A DNA stretch of 64,000 nt, from assembly GCA_965221775.1 (NCBI GenBank), contig CBDCSU010000006.1:1952001-2016000 (forward strand), given 5' to 3'. Under the pieces are notes generated by a model. The model was not told where the DNA came from. It ran no database searches and worked only from the letters and a program-made list of their open reading frames with translations. Made by a program: the position numbers and the translations under genes. Positions 9,213 through 17,844 of this stretch are shown piece by piece. Numbering within the stretch: position 1 is the first letter of the stretch; every line of letters starts with the position of its first letter. The stretch is from Candidatus Latescibacterota bacterium (lineage in GTDB: Bacteria; Latescibacterota; UBA2968; UBA8231).

Positions 9213-9804
9213 CGGGCGGTGTTCCATTGGCCTCGGCTTGGTGGGGCTGGCGCCGGTGGCGTCTCCACGGGAGGCCGTGGCCGTGATGTGCGGTGGTCCG
9301 CTAACCCTCGCCTTGGTGGGGCTCTGGCCCTGGCGGCGGTCGTGTCGGGCGGCGCTTCGCCGGCCCTCGCCCTGGTGGGCCTATGGCGGCGTCCCCGAGG
9401 GCCGGGAGCCGCGGCCGTGATGGGCGGTAATCCGCTGGCCCTCGGCTTGGTGGGGCTCCGGAGCGGGCAGCGGTCCCTCCGCCGGGGGCGGCGCTCGTGT
9501 CGCGGCGCTCCGCCGGCCCTCGCCCTGGTGGGCCTATGGCGGCGTCCCCGGGGGCCGGGGAGCCACGGCCGTGATGGGCGGTAATCCGCTGGCCCTCGGC
9601 CTGGTGGGCCTCCGGCGCTGGCAGAGGTCCCTCCGCCGGGGCGGCGCTCGTGTCGGGCGGCGCTCCGCCGGCCCTCGCCCTGGTGGGCCCCTGGCGGCGT
9701 CCCCGGGGGCCGGGAGCCGCACCCGTGATGGGCGGTAATCCGCTGGCCCTCGGCCTGGTGGGGCTCCGGCGCGGGCAGCGGTCCCTCCGCCTGAGGGGGC
9801 CCTC
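9126..9804 (+). repeat. Tandem array of nine ~59-80 bp units (higher-order ~154-bp dimer x3) derived from the 3' end of the GldG-like gene
   Basis: Units begin at 9129, 9209, 9283, 9342, 9417, 9497, 9571, 9650, 9725 with core GTG..GGCGG..CCG(C/G)..GCCCTCG(G/C)C(C/T)TGGTGGG. Confidence 0.9.
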
Positions 9805-10848
9805 GTGATCCGCCACCTGCTGCTGCTGGCCGTCGTCCTGGCCGGAGTCGCCGCGGCGGACGGCTGGCTGCGCCAGGCCCGGGACAGCCGCCGCGCCGAG
9901 GCGGGGGCGCTGCGGGCGGTTCTGCCTCCCTCCAGGCAGGTCGAGCCCGAGCGGGTCCGCCGCCTCTCCCTGCAGATCCCGGGCTCGTCCCCGTGGGTCT
10001 ACGAACGCCGGGGCGGCACCTGGCGCTTCCCCGCCTACTTCGGCGCCTACGTCCACTCCGGTCGGGTGGACGGGCTCCTCCACGAGGTGCTCGGCGCCTC
10101 CGGCACCCTGGTCAGCACCGACGACGAGGACTTCGACGACCTCGGCGTCTCCGGGCCGCAGGCCGTGCGCCTGACCCTCGAGGGCAACGCCGGGGAGTCC
10201 CTCGGCGAGATCTGGATCGGGAGGGGGATCCCCGGGCCGGCCGGCGACGAGAGCTACGTCCGCCGAGCCGGCTCGGACAGCGTCCTCCACCTGCACGCCA
10301 ACCCCCTGCGCCAGGTGGGAGCCGCGCGGCCTCCCATGCTCGACCCGCACCTGATGCCGAGGGACGAGCGCCGCGCCGCGGTGGTGGAGGTGCTGGTGGC
10401 GCCGCCCGCCGAGGAAGCCTACCGGCTGCGGCGGGTGCTGGCGGCCTTGCCCGAGGACGCGCCGGCCCTGCCTCTGCCTGTAGGGGAGCGGGATCGCTAC
10501 CGCTGGCTGCTGCAGCGGGAATCGGGCGTGGACAGTTGTGTCGACGCCAGCGTCTATGCCTACCTGACCTACCTGCGGCAGGTGCGGGTGGAGCGCCTCG
10601 TCGACCCCGCGGCCTCGGCGGGATACGGATTCGGCGCGGCCCGGGTAGAGCTGACCGACGAAGAAGGGGTCCGAGACGTGCTGGAGGTCGGAGGGGCGGC
10701 CGGCGCCCAGGAGCGCTACGCGCGCAACGGCCGAGCCCGGCTGACGGCCGTCCTCGCCGCCGGGCGGGCCGAGTGGCTCACGCCCCCGGCGGCGGTGCTC
10801 CTGGACACGCTGGCGCAACCGTCCCCCTTCGAGGGCGCCCGCCGCTGA
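9805..10848 (+). CDS. DUF4340-like exported protein (usual fourth gene of GldAFG-type clusters)
   Basis: N-terminal TM/signal; repeated 'W....' and 'DLG/YGF...' motifs, 'IGRG..ESYVRRAG' and 'VGG..ERYARNG'; gene context. Confidence 0.65.
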   Translation: MIRHLLLLAVVLAGVAAADGWLRQARDSRRAEAGALRAVLPPSRQVEPERVRRLSLQIPGSSPWVYERRGGTWRFPAYFGAYVHSGRVDGLLHEVLGASGTLVSTDDEDFDDLGVSGPQAVRLTLEGNAGESLGEIWIGRGIPGPAGDESYVRRAGSDSVLHLHANPLRQVGAARPPMLDPHLMPRDERRAAVVEVLVAPPAEEAYRLRRVLAALPEDAPALPLPVGERDRYRWLLQRESGVDSCVDASVYAYLTYLRQVRVERLVDPAASAGYGFGAARVELTDEEGVRDVLEVGGAAGAQERYARNGRARLTAVLAAGRAEWLTPPAAVLLDTLAQPSPFEGARR

Positions 10849-11096
10849 GAAGGCCCCCCGCGGTGGACCAGGAAGCGGCCCTGCTTCGTGCGCTGGCCCG
10901 GTCGGAGGGCGGGAGCAGTCCGCCTGCGCAGATTTCCGTGTGAGGTCGGCCGTCGCGGGCCCAGGTTCGTAACGCTTATCTTGGCCCGGGCAGCCAGCCC
11001 CGGGTCGCCGACCGACCCGGGCAAGCCTCGACGGCAGGGGTGCTGGCTTGCCACGCGCCGAGGCCGCCCTGAACTGCTGGACAACGGAGGCTGACA

Positions 11097-11840
11097 ATGA
11101 ACCACTCCCGATCTGCCTGGCTCGCCGCTCTTGGAGGACTCGTGCTCCTGGCAGCCGGCGTCAACGCGGAGTCGATTGAGGATGCGAAGGCCGCCTTCGC
11201 GGAGGGCCGCTTCGCCGACGCGGCCGCTATCGCCGAAGCGGCCGGGACCTCCGAAGGCTATGCCCTGGCGGCGCGATCCCTCGCCGTGTACGGGCACTAC
11301 GCGGCTCCCGAGGAAGAGAAGAAGGAGTTGTTCGAGCGCGCTCTGCAGTTGGGGGAGGAAGCGGTGCGTGCAGATACGGCGAACCCCGAGGGGTACTTCC
11401 AGTCCGGCCACGCCCTCGGCCGCTACGCGCAGAGCATCGGCACCATGAAGGCGCTCCGGAAGGGCCTCGGCGGCAAGACCCGCAAGATGTTCGAGGCCAC
11501 CCTCGCCCGCGCCCCGGACCACGCCCTGGCCAACCTGGCTCTCGGCGGGTGGAACGCCGACATCGTCAGCCGCGCCGGGCGCATGATGGCCAGGGTCATG
11601 TACGGGGCCACCCGCAAGAAGGCGACCGTCCACTTCGAGCGCGCCTTGGAGCTGGCCCCGGAGTCGAAAGTGGTGCTGCTGGACTATGCGCTCAGGCTGC
11701 CGAAGCTCGCCGGCAAGAAGGGCAAAGAACGGGCGAGGGGGCTGCTGAAGAAGGCGGTGGGCCTGCCGGTGGGGGATGTCTACGGCGGGTTCGTCCACGA
11801 ACGGGCGGTGGACGAGCTGAAGGCGCTGGAGGGGGAATAG
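11097..11840 (+). CDS. Exported TPR-like alpha-helical protein
   Basis: SD GGAGG; signal peptide ending VNA; TPR-like repeats (ALQLGEEAVRAD..NPEGYF, FERALELAPES). Confidence 0.7.
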   Translation: MNHSRSAWLAALGGLVLLAAGVNAESIEDAKAAFAEGRFADAAAIAEAAGTSEGYALAARSLAVYGHYAAPEEEKKELFERALQLGEEAVRADTANPEGYFQSGHALGRYAQSIGTMKALRKGLGGKTRKMFEATLARAPDHALANLALGGWNADIVSRAGRMMARVMYGATRKKATVHFERALELAPESKVVLLDYALRLPKLAGKKGKERARGLLKKAVGLPVGDVYGGFVHERAVDELKALEGE

Positions 11841-13176
11841 GCCAAGCCCTCAGCTGGGCATGCCGCGCCCACGGTCGCGGCCCAACAATTGGGACAACTT
11901 CGCCATGGCCGGATTCCTGGCCGATGCGGCGGCGGGCATGCTCTCCAACCGCTGCAGCAGTTCCGACTCCGAAGAGTGCCTCGGCCAGTCCAGGTTGGCG
12001 GCGACCCGGTCGTCGTCGAGCGTGATCGCGGACAACTCGAGCAGCCCGACCAGATCCCGCACTAACGCACGACCAGGGAACTTGAGGCTTTGGTAATCGG
12101 CCCAAACCCTTCCCGCAAGCTCAGTCAGACTGATGGAGCCGACGTCCAGCAGGATCTCCAGTACTATCAGCTGGCGGTCCGCCAGGACCCGTCGGCGGGG
12201 ACTGCGGAGCTGCGCGAACAAGGACCTGGCGAACTCGCGGAACAGGGTGCGCTGGTGGTTGACGGCGATGGCCTCCGCCACTGCGTTGCACCGCTCGGCG
12301 ACCGCCCCGAGGGCGAACCGGAGGAAGGGGGTCAGGTCGTGTCCCCCGTGCCGGGTGGCTGTCAGCGCCGCCAGGTACTCCTCCTTGTGCTCGTAGTAGT
12401 AGTTGGAGAGGCTGACCATCACCATGTCGTTGACCCCGGCCTGCCGCAGCATGAACGCCTCCAGTGCGCGGGCGGTGCGGCCGTTGCCGTCGCCGAAGGG
12501 GTGCATCGATCCCACGTGGTAGTGGGTGGCGACGGCCTGAACGATCCGGTCGTGTTGCCGGAACTCCCCCTCGATGGCGGAACAGAGAGAATCGAAGGCG
12601 GTGCGGCACTCGCTGCCGCCGTCGGCCCCCCTGCAGGGCGGCGTGCCGAAGGTGACGTTCCAGGCCTGGGGACGCAGTGCTCCGGGCTCGCAGTGATCGT
12701 CGTCACAGCCGGTCACGATGCGCCGGTGGGTCTCCAGGACGAAGTCGGTGGTGACCCACCGGTCGGCCGGCTGTGAGCGCATCCAGCGGCAGGTGGCGTC
12801 GGCGGCCCTCAACTGCCGCTGGGAATGGGTCAGGCCGGTGTGTGCGGGAGGGTCTGGGGCGAGGGCTTCTTCCTGCTCACGCTGTGTGAACTCGGCGCCT
12901 TCGATGCGCGAGGTGCCGGCGGCCTCCAGCCGCAGTTGTTCCTCGTGGACCTGCTCGATCCACCGGGGCAGATACGGCATTCGATTCAGGACTCCGGCGG
13001 CGGCCTTGGCCTGCACCAGCGACTCGAAGACGGCCGTGGGGTCGTAGCGTATCCACTGCTGCGGTATTGCGTAGCGGCTGATGGCCTGGGGTTCCATTTG
13101 CGGGCCATTTCCGTCCCGTTCCGAGAACGATTGAGCCTAAAGCATTGTTTTTCCATGTCATAGTATAGGCCAAGCC
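11837..13176. repeat. 12-bp direct repeat ATAGGCCAAGCC (11837-11848 and 13165-13176) flanking the fic gene
   Basis: Exact match read from the sequence on both sides of the gene. Confidence 0.7.
11850..13097 (-). CDS. Fic-domain protein (class II-like, probable C-terminal wHTH)
   Basis: Canonical HPFGDGNGRTAR motif; N-terminal autoinhibitory TSRIEG; minus-strand TATACT -10 at 13162-13167. Confidence 0.92.
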   Translation of the reverse strand: MEPQAISRYAIPQQWIRYDPTAVFESLVQAKAAAGVLNRMPYLPRWIEQVHEEQLRLEAAGTSRIEGAEFTQREQEEALAPDPPAHTGLTHSQRQLRAADATCRWMRSQPADRWVTTDFVLETHRRIVTGCDDDHCEPGALRPQAWNVTFGTPPCRGADGGSECRTAFDSLCSAIEGEFRQHDRIVQAVATHYHVGSMHPFGDGNGRTARALEAFMLRQAGVNDMVMVSLSNYYYEHKEEYLAALTATRHGGHDLTPFLRFALGAVAERCNAVAEAIAVNHQRTLFREFARSLFAQLRSPRRRVLADRQLIVLEILLDVGSISLTELAGRVWADYQSLKFPGRALVRDLVGLLELSAITLDDDRVAANLDWPRHSSESELLQRLESMPAAASARNPAMAKLSQLLGRDRGRGMPS

Positions 13177-13280
13177 ATTTCTCGTTTCCATCTCATTTCA
13201 AGACCGTTTCGATCCCGGAGCCCGGGCCCCAGCAGCGAGTCAGCCGCCCGTCGCGGTCCAGCCGCCTGGCCGGCCGGCGA

Positions 13281-13790
13281 TCAGACCGGATCCCTGGAGA
13301 GACGGCCTTCGTCGTCGATCAGGACGACGCGGTCCGGACGGTGGGGGCCCCACCTCCACATCACGAGGTTGAGATCGTCGCCGCCGGATCCGGCGGCGTA
13401 ACTCCGAACCCGCATCCCCGCATGGCCTTCGGCGATCAGACGGTCGGCCAGGGCCTGGGACGCCGGTACCGCGCCGGCCAGCATCTCCGCTTCCCAGGTG
13501 GGGCATGCGAACTCGGAATCGCTGGCGCCCAGCGCCCGGCACTGCTCTTCGTCCAGGGCATCGAAGACCGGCTCGGCATCGACCTCATAGGCGCAGAGGG
13601 TTACCGGCTGGAGGGTTCGGCCTAGTGGCAACGCTTCGCGTATGGCGGTCAGTGGGGACAGCGAGGTGTAGAGCGCGGGAATTCCAGGCCGATTGAAACG
13701 CCCGCCGTAACGGCGCGAGCCCTCGCCGGACAAGGGGCTCCAGGACCACTGCGGATTGTGGGCCCGGTAGACCAGCCCCTGGAACCGCAT
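13281..13790 (-). CDS. RES-domain toxin (MbcT/ParT-like)
   Basis: 'VYR..SGEGSRRYGGRFNRPG.PALYTS..TAIRE..GMRVRS..NLVMW' gives the R-E-S triad. Confidence 0.92.
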   Translation of the reverse strand: MRFQGLVYRAHNPQWSWSPLSGEGSRRYGGRFNRPGIPALYTSLSPLTAIREALPLGRTLQPVTLCAYEVDAEPVFDALDEEQCRALGASDSEFACPTWEAEMLAGAVPASQALADRLIAEGHAGMRVRSYAAGSGGDDLNLVMWRWGPHRPDRVVLIDDEGRLSRDPV

Positions 13791-13806
13791 TCAGGAGAGC
13801 AGGAAC

Positions 13807-14157
13807 TCAGGCATAGCCCCCGGCCATGATCCGGTCGAGATAGGCATGCACCTGATCCGCCTTGCCTTCGCGCAGCAGCTGATCCGGGGTGGCGCCCCCG
13901 AAGCCGGGCAGTGGCTCGGCGCGGAACCAGGCGTAGGCGGCAAGCGGGGACCCGGAGGCGTCTTCGACGCGGTTCAGAATCTCCAGCATCTGGCGCAGAC
14001 GGATCTGTGTCTTCCGGGCCTTGACCCGTGATGCGCGCGTGAATGCGTCCTTTCCGAGGCCCAACGTGCCGGCGATCTCCAACTTGGTGGTGCGCAGCGC
14101 GTCGGCGACGAGCGTAGGCGAAAAGACCTGATCCTCGACGAATTCACTGAATCGCAT
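13807..14157 (-). CDS. Xre/MbcA/ParS-family antitoxin
   Basis: N-terminal HTH-like region; C-terminal 'AYAWFRAEPLPGFGGATPDQLL..V..YLDRI..GGYA'; directly upstream of the RES toxin. Confidence 0.9.
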   Translation of the reverse strand: MRFSEFVEDQVFSPTLVADALRTTKLEIAGTLGLGKDAFTRASRVKARKTQIRLRQMLEILNRVEDASGSPLAAYAWFRAEPLPGFGGATPDQLLREGKADQVHAYLDRIMAGGYA

Positions 14158-14175
14158 GGCCTGACCTCATGGTTT

Positions 14176-14207
14176 ATGACGCAATATAGCGATATGCACC
14201 GTGTCAT
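14176..14207 (-). promoter_or_regulatory. Putative TA promoter/operator: imperfect inverted repeat ATGAC-GC-AATAT..ATAT-GC..GTCAT overlapping a TATATT -10
   Basis: AT-rich palindrome 20-50 bp upstream of the antitoxin start. Confidence 0.45.
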
Positions 14208-14229
14208 CCAGTCCAGGAACGCGTGGCAG

Positions 14230-14288
14230 CGAGGCTGCCGTAGAGGCCGAAGAAGCTGAGGACCGATGGCAGTGGCACCAGACCGAGG
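14230..14288 (-). repeat. Degenerate copy of RND gene segment 14664-14728
   Basis: CGAGGCTGCCG(T/A)AGAGGCCGAAGAAG..CCGATGGC..AG(T/C)GGCACCAG(A/G)CCGAGG occurs in both; translates LGLVPL..FFGLYGSL vs LGLVPL..FFGLFGSL. Confidence 0.7.
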
Positions 14289-14442
14289 ATGATCGCTGGT
14301 CCCGTCGTCGCTATTCCGAATGTACCCCCCAGCAGTACCCCACCATGTCGGGTGGTTCTTCGTGCCGTGCCGTGGGTCCGGCCCGCTAGGACCTCGCCGA
14401 GGCTGGGCCTCAGCCGCAGGGCAGTCAACCGCGGGCCCGGGG

Positions 14443-17400
14443 TCAACCGCCCGAAGCCGGGACGCCTCCCTCCGGGGCCTCCGCCGCCCCCCCGCCTGCC
14501 GAGAAGTGGCGGCTCAGGAACCGCCCCATGTCGTCGGTCAGCGAGTACATAACCGGCACGAGGACCAGGGTCAGGAAGGTGGCGAAGAGGATGCCGACGA
14601 TGACGGCGATCGCCATGGGGCCCCACCAGGCGGCCTGCTCGCCGCCCCAGTAGAGGTTGGGGTCGAGGCTGCCGAAGAGGCCGAAGAAGTCGAAGTTGAG
14701 GCCGATGGCCAGCGGCACCAGGCCGAGGGCGGTGGTGACCGCCGTCAGGATCACGGGGCGCAGACGGGTGCGGCCGGCGCGGATGAGGGCGGCCTGGCGG
14801 TCGAGTCCGTCGCGGCGGCGCAGGATGTCGATGTAGTGGACGAGGACGATGGCGTTGTTGACCACGATCCCGGCGAGGGAGATGACGCCGACGCCGGTCA
14901 TGATGATCCCGAAGGGCATGCGGAAGACCATGAGCCCGAGGAGGACGCCGGCGGTGGACATGATCACCGAGGTGAGGATGATCACCGGCTTGATCACCGA
15001 GTTGAACTGGGTCACGAGGATGAAGGCGATCAGGCCCAAGGCCGCCAGGAAGGCGGTGGCCAGGAACTCCATGGCCTCGCCTTGTTCCTCCTGCTGGCCG
15101 GTGTAGCGCACCGTGTAGCCCGGGGGCAGCTCGTCTTCAACGAAGGACGCGAGGTGCTCCTGCACCTCGAAGAAGACGGCGTTCTTGTTGAGGCCGGCGC
15201 GCACGTCCGAGCTGATCGTGGCCATGCGGTCCATGTCCTTGCGGCGGATCGAGCCGAGCCCCTCTCCCACCGTCCAGCTGGCCACCGAGACCAGGGGGAT
15301 CGGCTCGCCCGGACCGTTCTCCACGACCAGGTCGCGCAGCGACTCCAGGTCCTGCCGCCAGGGCTCGGCGAGGCGCACGACCACGTCGTACTCGTCGTTG
15401 CCGGTGCGGTAGCGGCTCGCCTCCGTGCCCTGCACGGCGGTGCGCACGACGCCGGCCACCTTCGCCGTGGACAACCCGTACATGGCGGCCCTCTCGCGGT
15501 CGACATGCACGGCCAGCTCCGGGCGGGCCTCGTCGAGGTCGCTCTCGAGGCCGCTGAGCTTCGGCGCCACGGGGGAGCTTCTCAGGACCTGCAGGACGCG
15601 GTCGGAGAGGTCCTTGAGCACCCGGGGATCCTTGCCGACGATCTCGATGTTCACCGGCGCCCCCTGGGGCGGCCCGTCCACGGGCTTGTCCACCGAGATC
15701 TCGGCGCCGGCGATCTCGCGCCCAACCCTCTCCTGCATGCGCGCCAGGGTCTCGAAGCTGTCGAAGCGCCGCTCGTGGTACTCGGTGAAGTTCACCATGA
15801 CGCGCGCGTCGTTGGCTCCCTGGGTGCCGCCTATCAGCGGGCTGCCCCCGGCGCCGACGGTGGTCACCGCCGACTCGGCGTCCTCGAAGCCCTGGACGCC
15901 GCGCACCTGCAGCTCCAGCTCGCGGGCGATGCTGTCGAGGTACTCGACGCGGGTGCCCACCGGCGCCTGGGCATCGACCCAGACCTGCCTGGGCGGGATG
16001 TCCTCCGGGAAGAACACGATGCCGCTGTTGAAGCGGCCGAAGGCGGCGACCATGGCCACGAGCACCGCCAGGGAACCGGCGACGACGATGAAGCGGTGGC
16101 CGAGGGCCCAGCCCAGGACCCCCTCGTAGCGGTCGATGAGCCACGGCAGGTCCGCCCCCTGGAAGCGCCGCGCCAGGGGACCGAGGATCAGGCGATGGGC
16201 CAGGATGGCGGCGACGGCGGTGGCGGCCAGCAGGGCCACGGTCAGGGCGTTGGCCGCGGCCAGACTCGCGGCGGCCAGAACGGCGAGGGCGATCAGCGCC
16301 AGGCGCCCAGAAAGCGGCATCCCGGCTCCGCGCTCTCCCTCCAGCCGCAGCCACCGGCTGCACAGCACCGGAACGATGACGAGGGCCACGAAGAGGGAGC
16401 TGGAGAGGGTGACGATCAGGGTCATGGGCAGGTACTTCATGAACTCGCCCACGGTGCCCGTCCAGAACAGGAGCGGACTGAAGGCGGCCAGGGTCGTCAA
16501 CGTCGAGGCGATGACGGGCAGAGCCACCTCGCCCGTGGCCTTGCGCGCGGCCTCTGCCCGGTCCCAGCCCTCCTCGACGTAGCGGTAGGTGTTCTCGACG
16601 ATGACGATGGCGTTGTCCACGAGCATGCCGAGGGCGAGGATCAGGGAGAACAGGACCACCATGTTCATGGTCACGCCGAGGAGCCCGAGGACGAGGAAGG
16701 AGAGCAGCATCGACGTGGGGATGGCGACGCCCACGAAGACCGAGGTGCGCACGCCGAGGAAGAACAGCAGCACCCCGACGATCAGCAGCAGGCCGGAGAG
16801 GATGTTGTTCTCCAGGCTGCTGACCATCATGCGGATGTCGCGGGACATGTCGGAGGTCGTCTTGACCACCGTCGTGGGCGGGAGCTCCGCCTCCATCCCG
16901 GCGATGACGTCGCGCACGGCGTCGGCCGTCTCGATGATGTTCTCCCCCGTCCGTTTGATCACGTCGAGGGTGACCACCGGCCGGCCGTCGAGGCGGGCGT
17001 AGCTCCGGCGCTCGGCGAAGCCGAAGTCGACATCGGCCAGGTCGCGCACATAGACCGGCCGTCCTTCGGGAGCGGCGACCACGAGGTCGCCGATCGACCG
17101 GGGGTCGTCGATCTCGCCGTCGACGCGGACCAGGAACTTCAGCTCCCCCACGTCGATGGAGCCGCCGGGGATGTTGATGTTCTCGTCGCGCACCGTCTCG
17201 ACCACGTCCTTCAGGGTCAGACCGTAGTAGAGCAGGCGCGGCAGGGAGACGTCGACCTGCACCTCGCGCTCGCGGCCCCCGCGCAGGTCGACGCGCAGCA
17301 CCGAGGGGATCTGCTCCAGGCGGTCCTGCAGCTCCTCGCCCAGCTGCTTGAGGCGGACCAGGCCGTACTCCCCGGACAGGTTCACCTGCAGGATCGGCAC

Positions 17401-17844
17401 GTCCTCGAAGTCGAACTCGTAGATGCGGGGCTCCTCGGCGTCGGCGGGGAGGTCGCCCTTGGCCAGATCGACCTTCTCGCGCACCAGCCGCATGGCCTCG
17501 GGGAGATCGACTTCGGTGCTGAACTCGGCCACCACGCTGGAGTAGCCCTCGACCGAGGTCGAGGTCAGCTCCTTCAGGTCCGGAATCGTCTTCAGCTCCA
17601 GCTCCAGCTCCCGCGTCACCAGCGACTCCATGTCCTTGGGCGACACCCCGGGGTAGATGGTGTTCACCGCGATGACGGGGATCTCGATCTGGGGGAAGGC
17701 CTCCTTGGGGACGCTGCGGTAGGCCACGACGCCGGCCAGGGCGATTATGGCGAAGAGCATGAGCACGCTGGTACCGTGGCGCACCGCCCAGGAGGTGACG
17801 GGCAGTTCGTCGAAGGCGTCGGGGCCGCCGGGGCGATCGGTCAT
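14443..17844 (-). CDS. RND efflux transporter permease (AcrB/AcrD/AcrF family)
   Basis: 1133 aa; 'LGMLVDNAIVIVEN', 'GIVVNNAIVL', 'RLRPVILTAVTT..GLVPLA', 'PMAIAVIVG..TFLTLVLVP'. Confidence 0.95.
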   Translation of the reverse strand: MTDRPGGPDAFDELPVTSWAVRHGTSVLMLFAIIALAGVVAYRSVPKEAFPQIEIPVIAVNTIYPGVSPKDMESLVTRELELELKTIPDLKELTSTSVEGYSSVVAEFSTEVDLPEAMRLVREKVDLAKGDLPADAEEPRIYEFDFEDVPILQVNLSGEYGLVRLKQLGEELQDRLEQIPSVLRVDLRGGREREVQVDVSLPRLLYYGLTLKDVVETVRDENINIPGGSIDVGELKFLVRVDGEIDDPRSIGDLVVAAPEGRPVYVRDLADVDFGFAERRSYARLDGRPVVTLDVIKRTGENIIETADAVRDVIAGMEAELPPTTVVKTTSDMSRDIRMMVSSLENNILSGLLLIVGVLLFFLGVRTSVFVGVAIPTSMLLSFLVLGLLGVTMNMVVLFSLILALGMLVDNAIVIVENTYRYVEEGWDRAEAARKATGEVALPVIASTLTTLAAFSPLLFWTGTVGEFMKYLPMTLIVTLSSSLFVALVIVPVLCSRWLRLEGERGAGMPLSGRLALIALAVLAAASLAAANALTVALLAATAVAAILAHRLILGPLARRFQGADLPWLIDRYEGVLGWALGHRFIVVAGSLAVLVAMVAAFGRFNSGIVFFPEDIPPRQVWVDAQAPVGTRVEYLDSIARELELQVRGVQGFEDAESAVTTVGAGGSPLIGGTQGANDARVMVNFTEYHERRFDSFETLARMQERVGREIAGAEISVDKPVDGPPQGAPVNIEIVGKDPRVLKDLSDRVLQVLRSSPVAPKLSGLESDLDEARPELAVHVDRERAAMYGLSTAKVAGVVRTAVQGTEASRYRTGNDEYDVVVRLAEPWRQDLESLRDLVVENGPGEPIPLVSVASWTVGEGLGSIRRKDMDRMATISSDVRAGLNKNAVFFEVQEHLASFVEDELPPGYTVRYTGQQEEQGEAMEFLATAFLAALGLIAFILVTQFNSVIKPVIILTSVIMSTAGVLLGLMVFRMPFGIIMTGVGVISLAGIVVNNAIVLVHYIDILRRRDGLDRQAALIRAGRTRLRPVILTAVTTALGLVPLAIGLNFDFFGLFGSLDPNLYWGGEQAAWWGPMAIAVIVGILFATFLTLVLVPVMYSLTDDMGRFLSRHFSAGGGAAEAPEGGVPASGG

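Noticed and set aside
9219-9584. 121-aa ORF within the repeat array as a real gene
   Set aside because: No SD, the frame shifts relative to the repeat units, and it is explained by the duplication itself; translation cannot be fully excluded.
9126-9804. CRISPR array
   Set aside because: Units are degenerate, the intervening segments are themselves repeated (A/B dimer) rather than unique spacers, the repeat derives from coding sequence, and no cas genes are present.
10849-11096. Structured RNA upstream of the TPR gene (hairpin CCCGGGTCG..CGACCCGGG)
   Set aside because: Isolated GC hairpins are common at this GC content, and no recognisable riboswitch or ncRNA motif is present.
14230-14728. 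DGR template/variable repeat pair
   Set aside because: Differences include indels and are not adenine-specific; there is no reverse transcriptase in the window.
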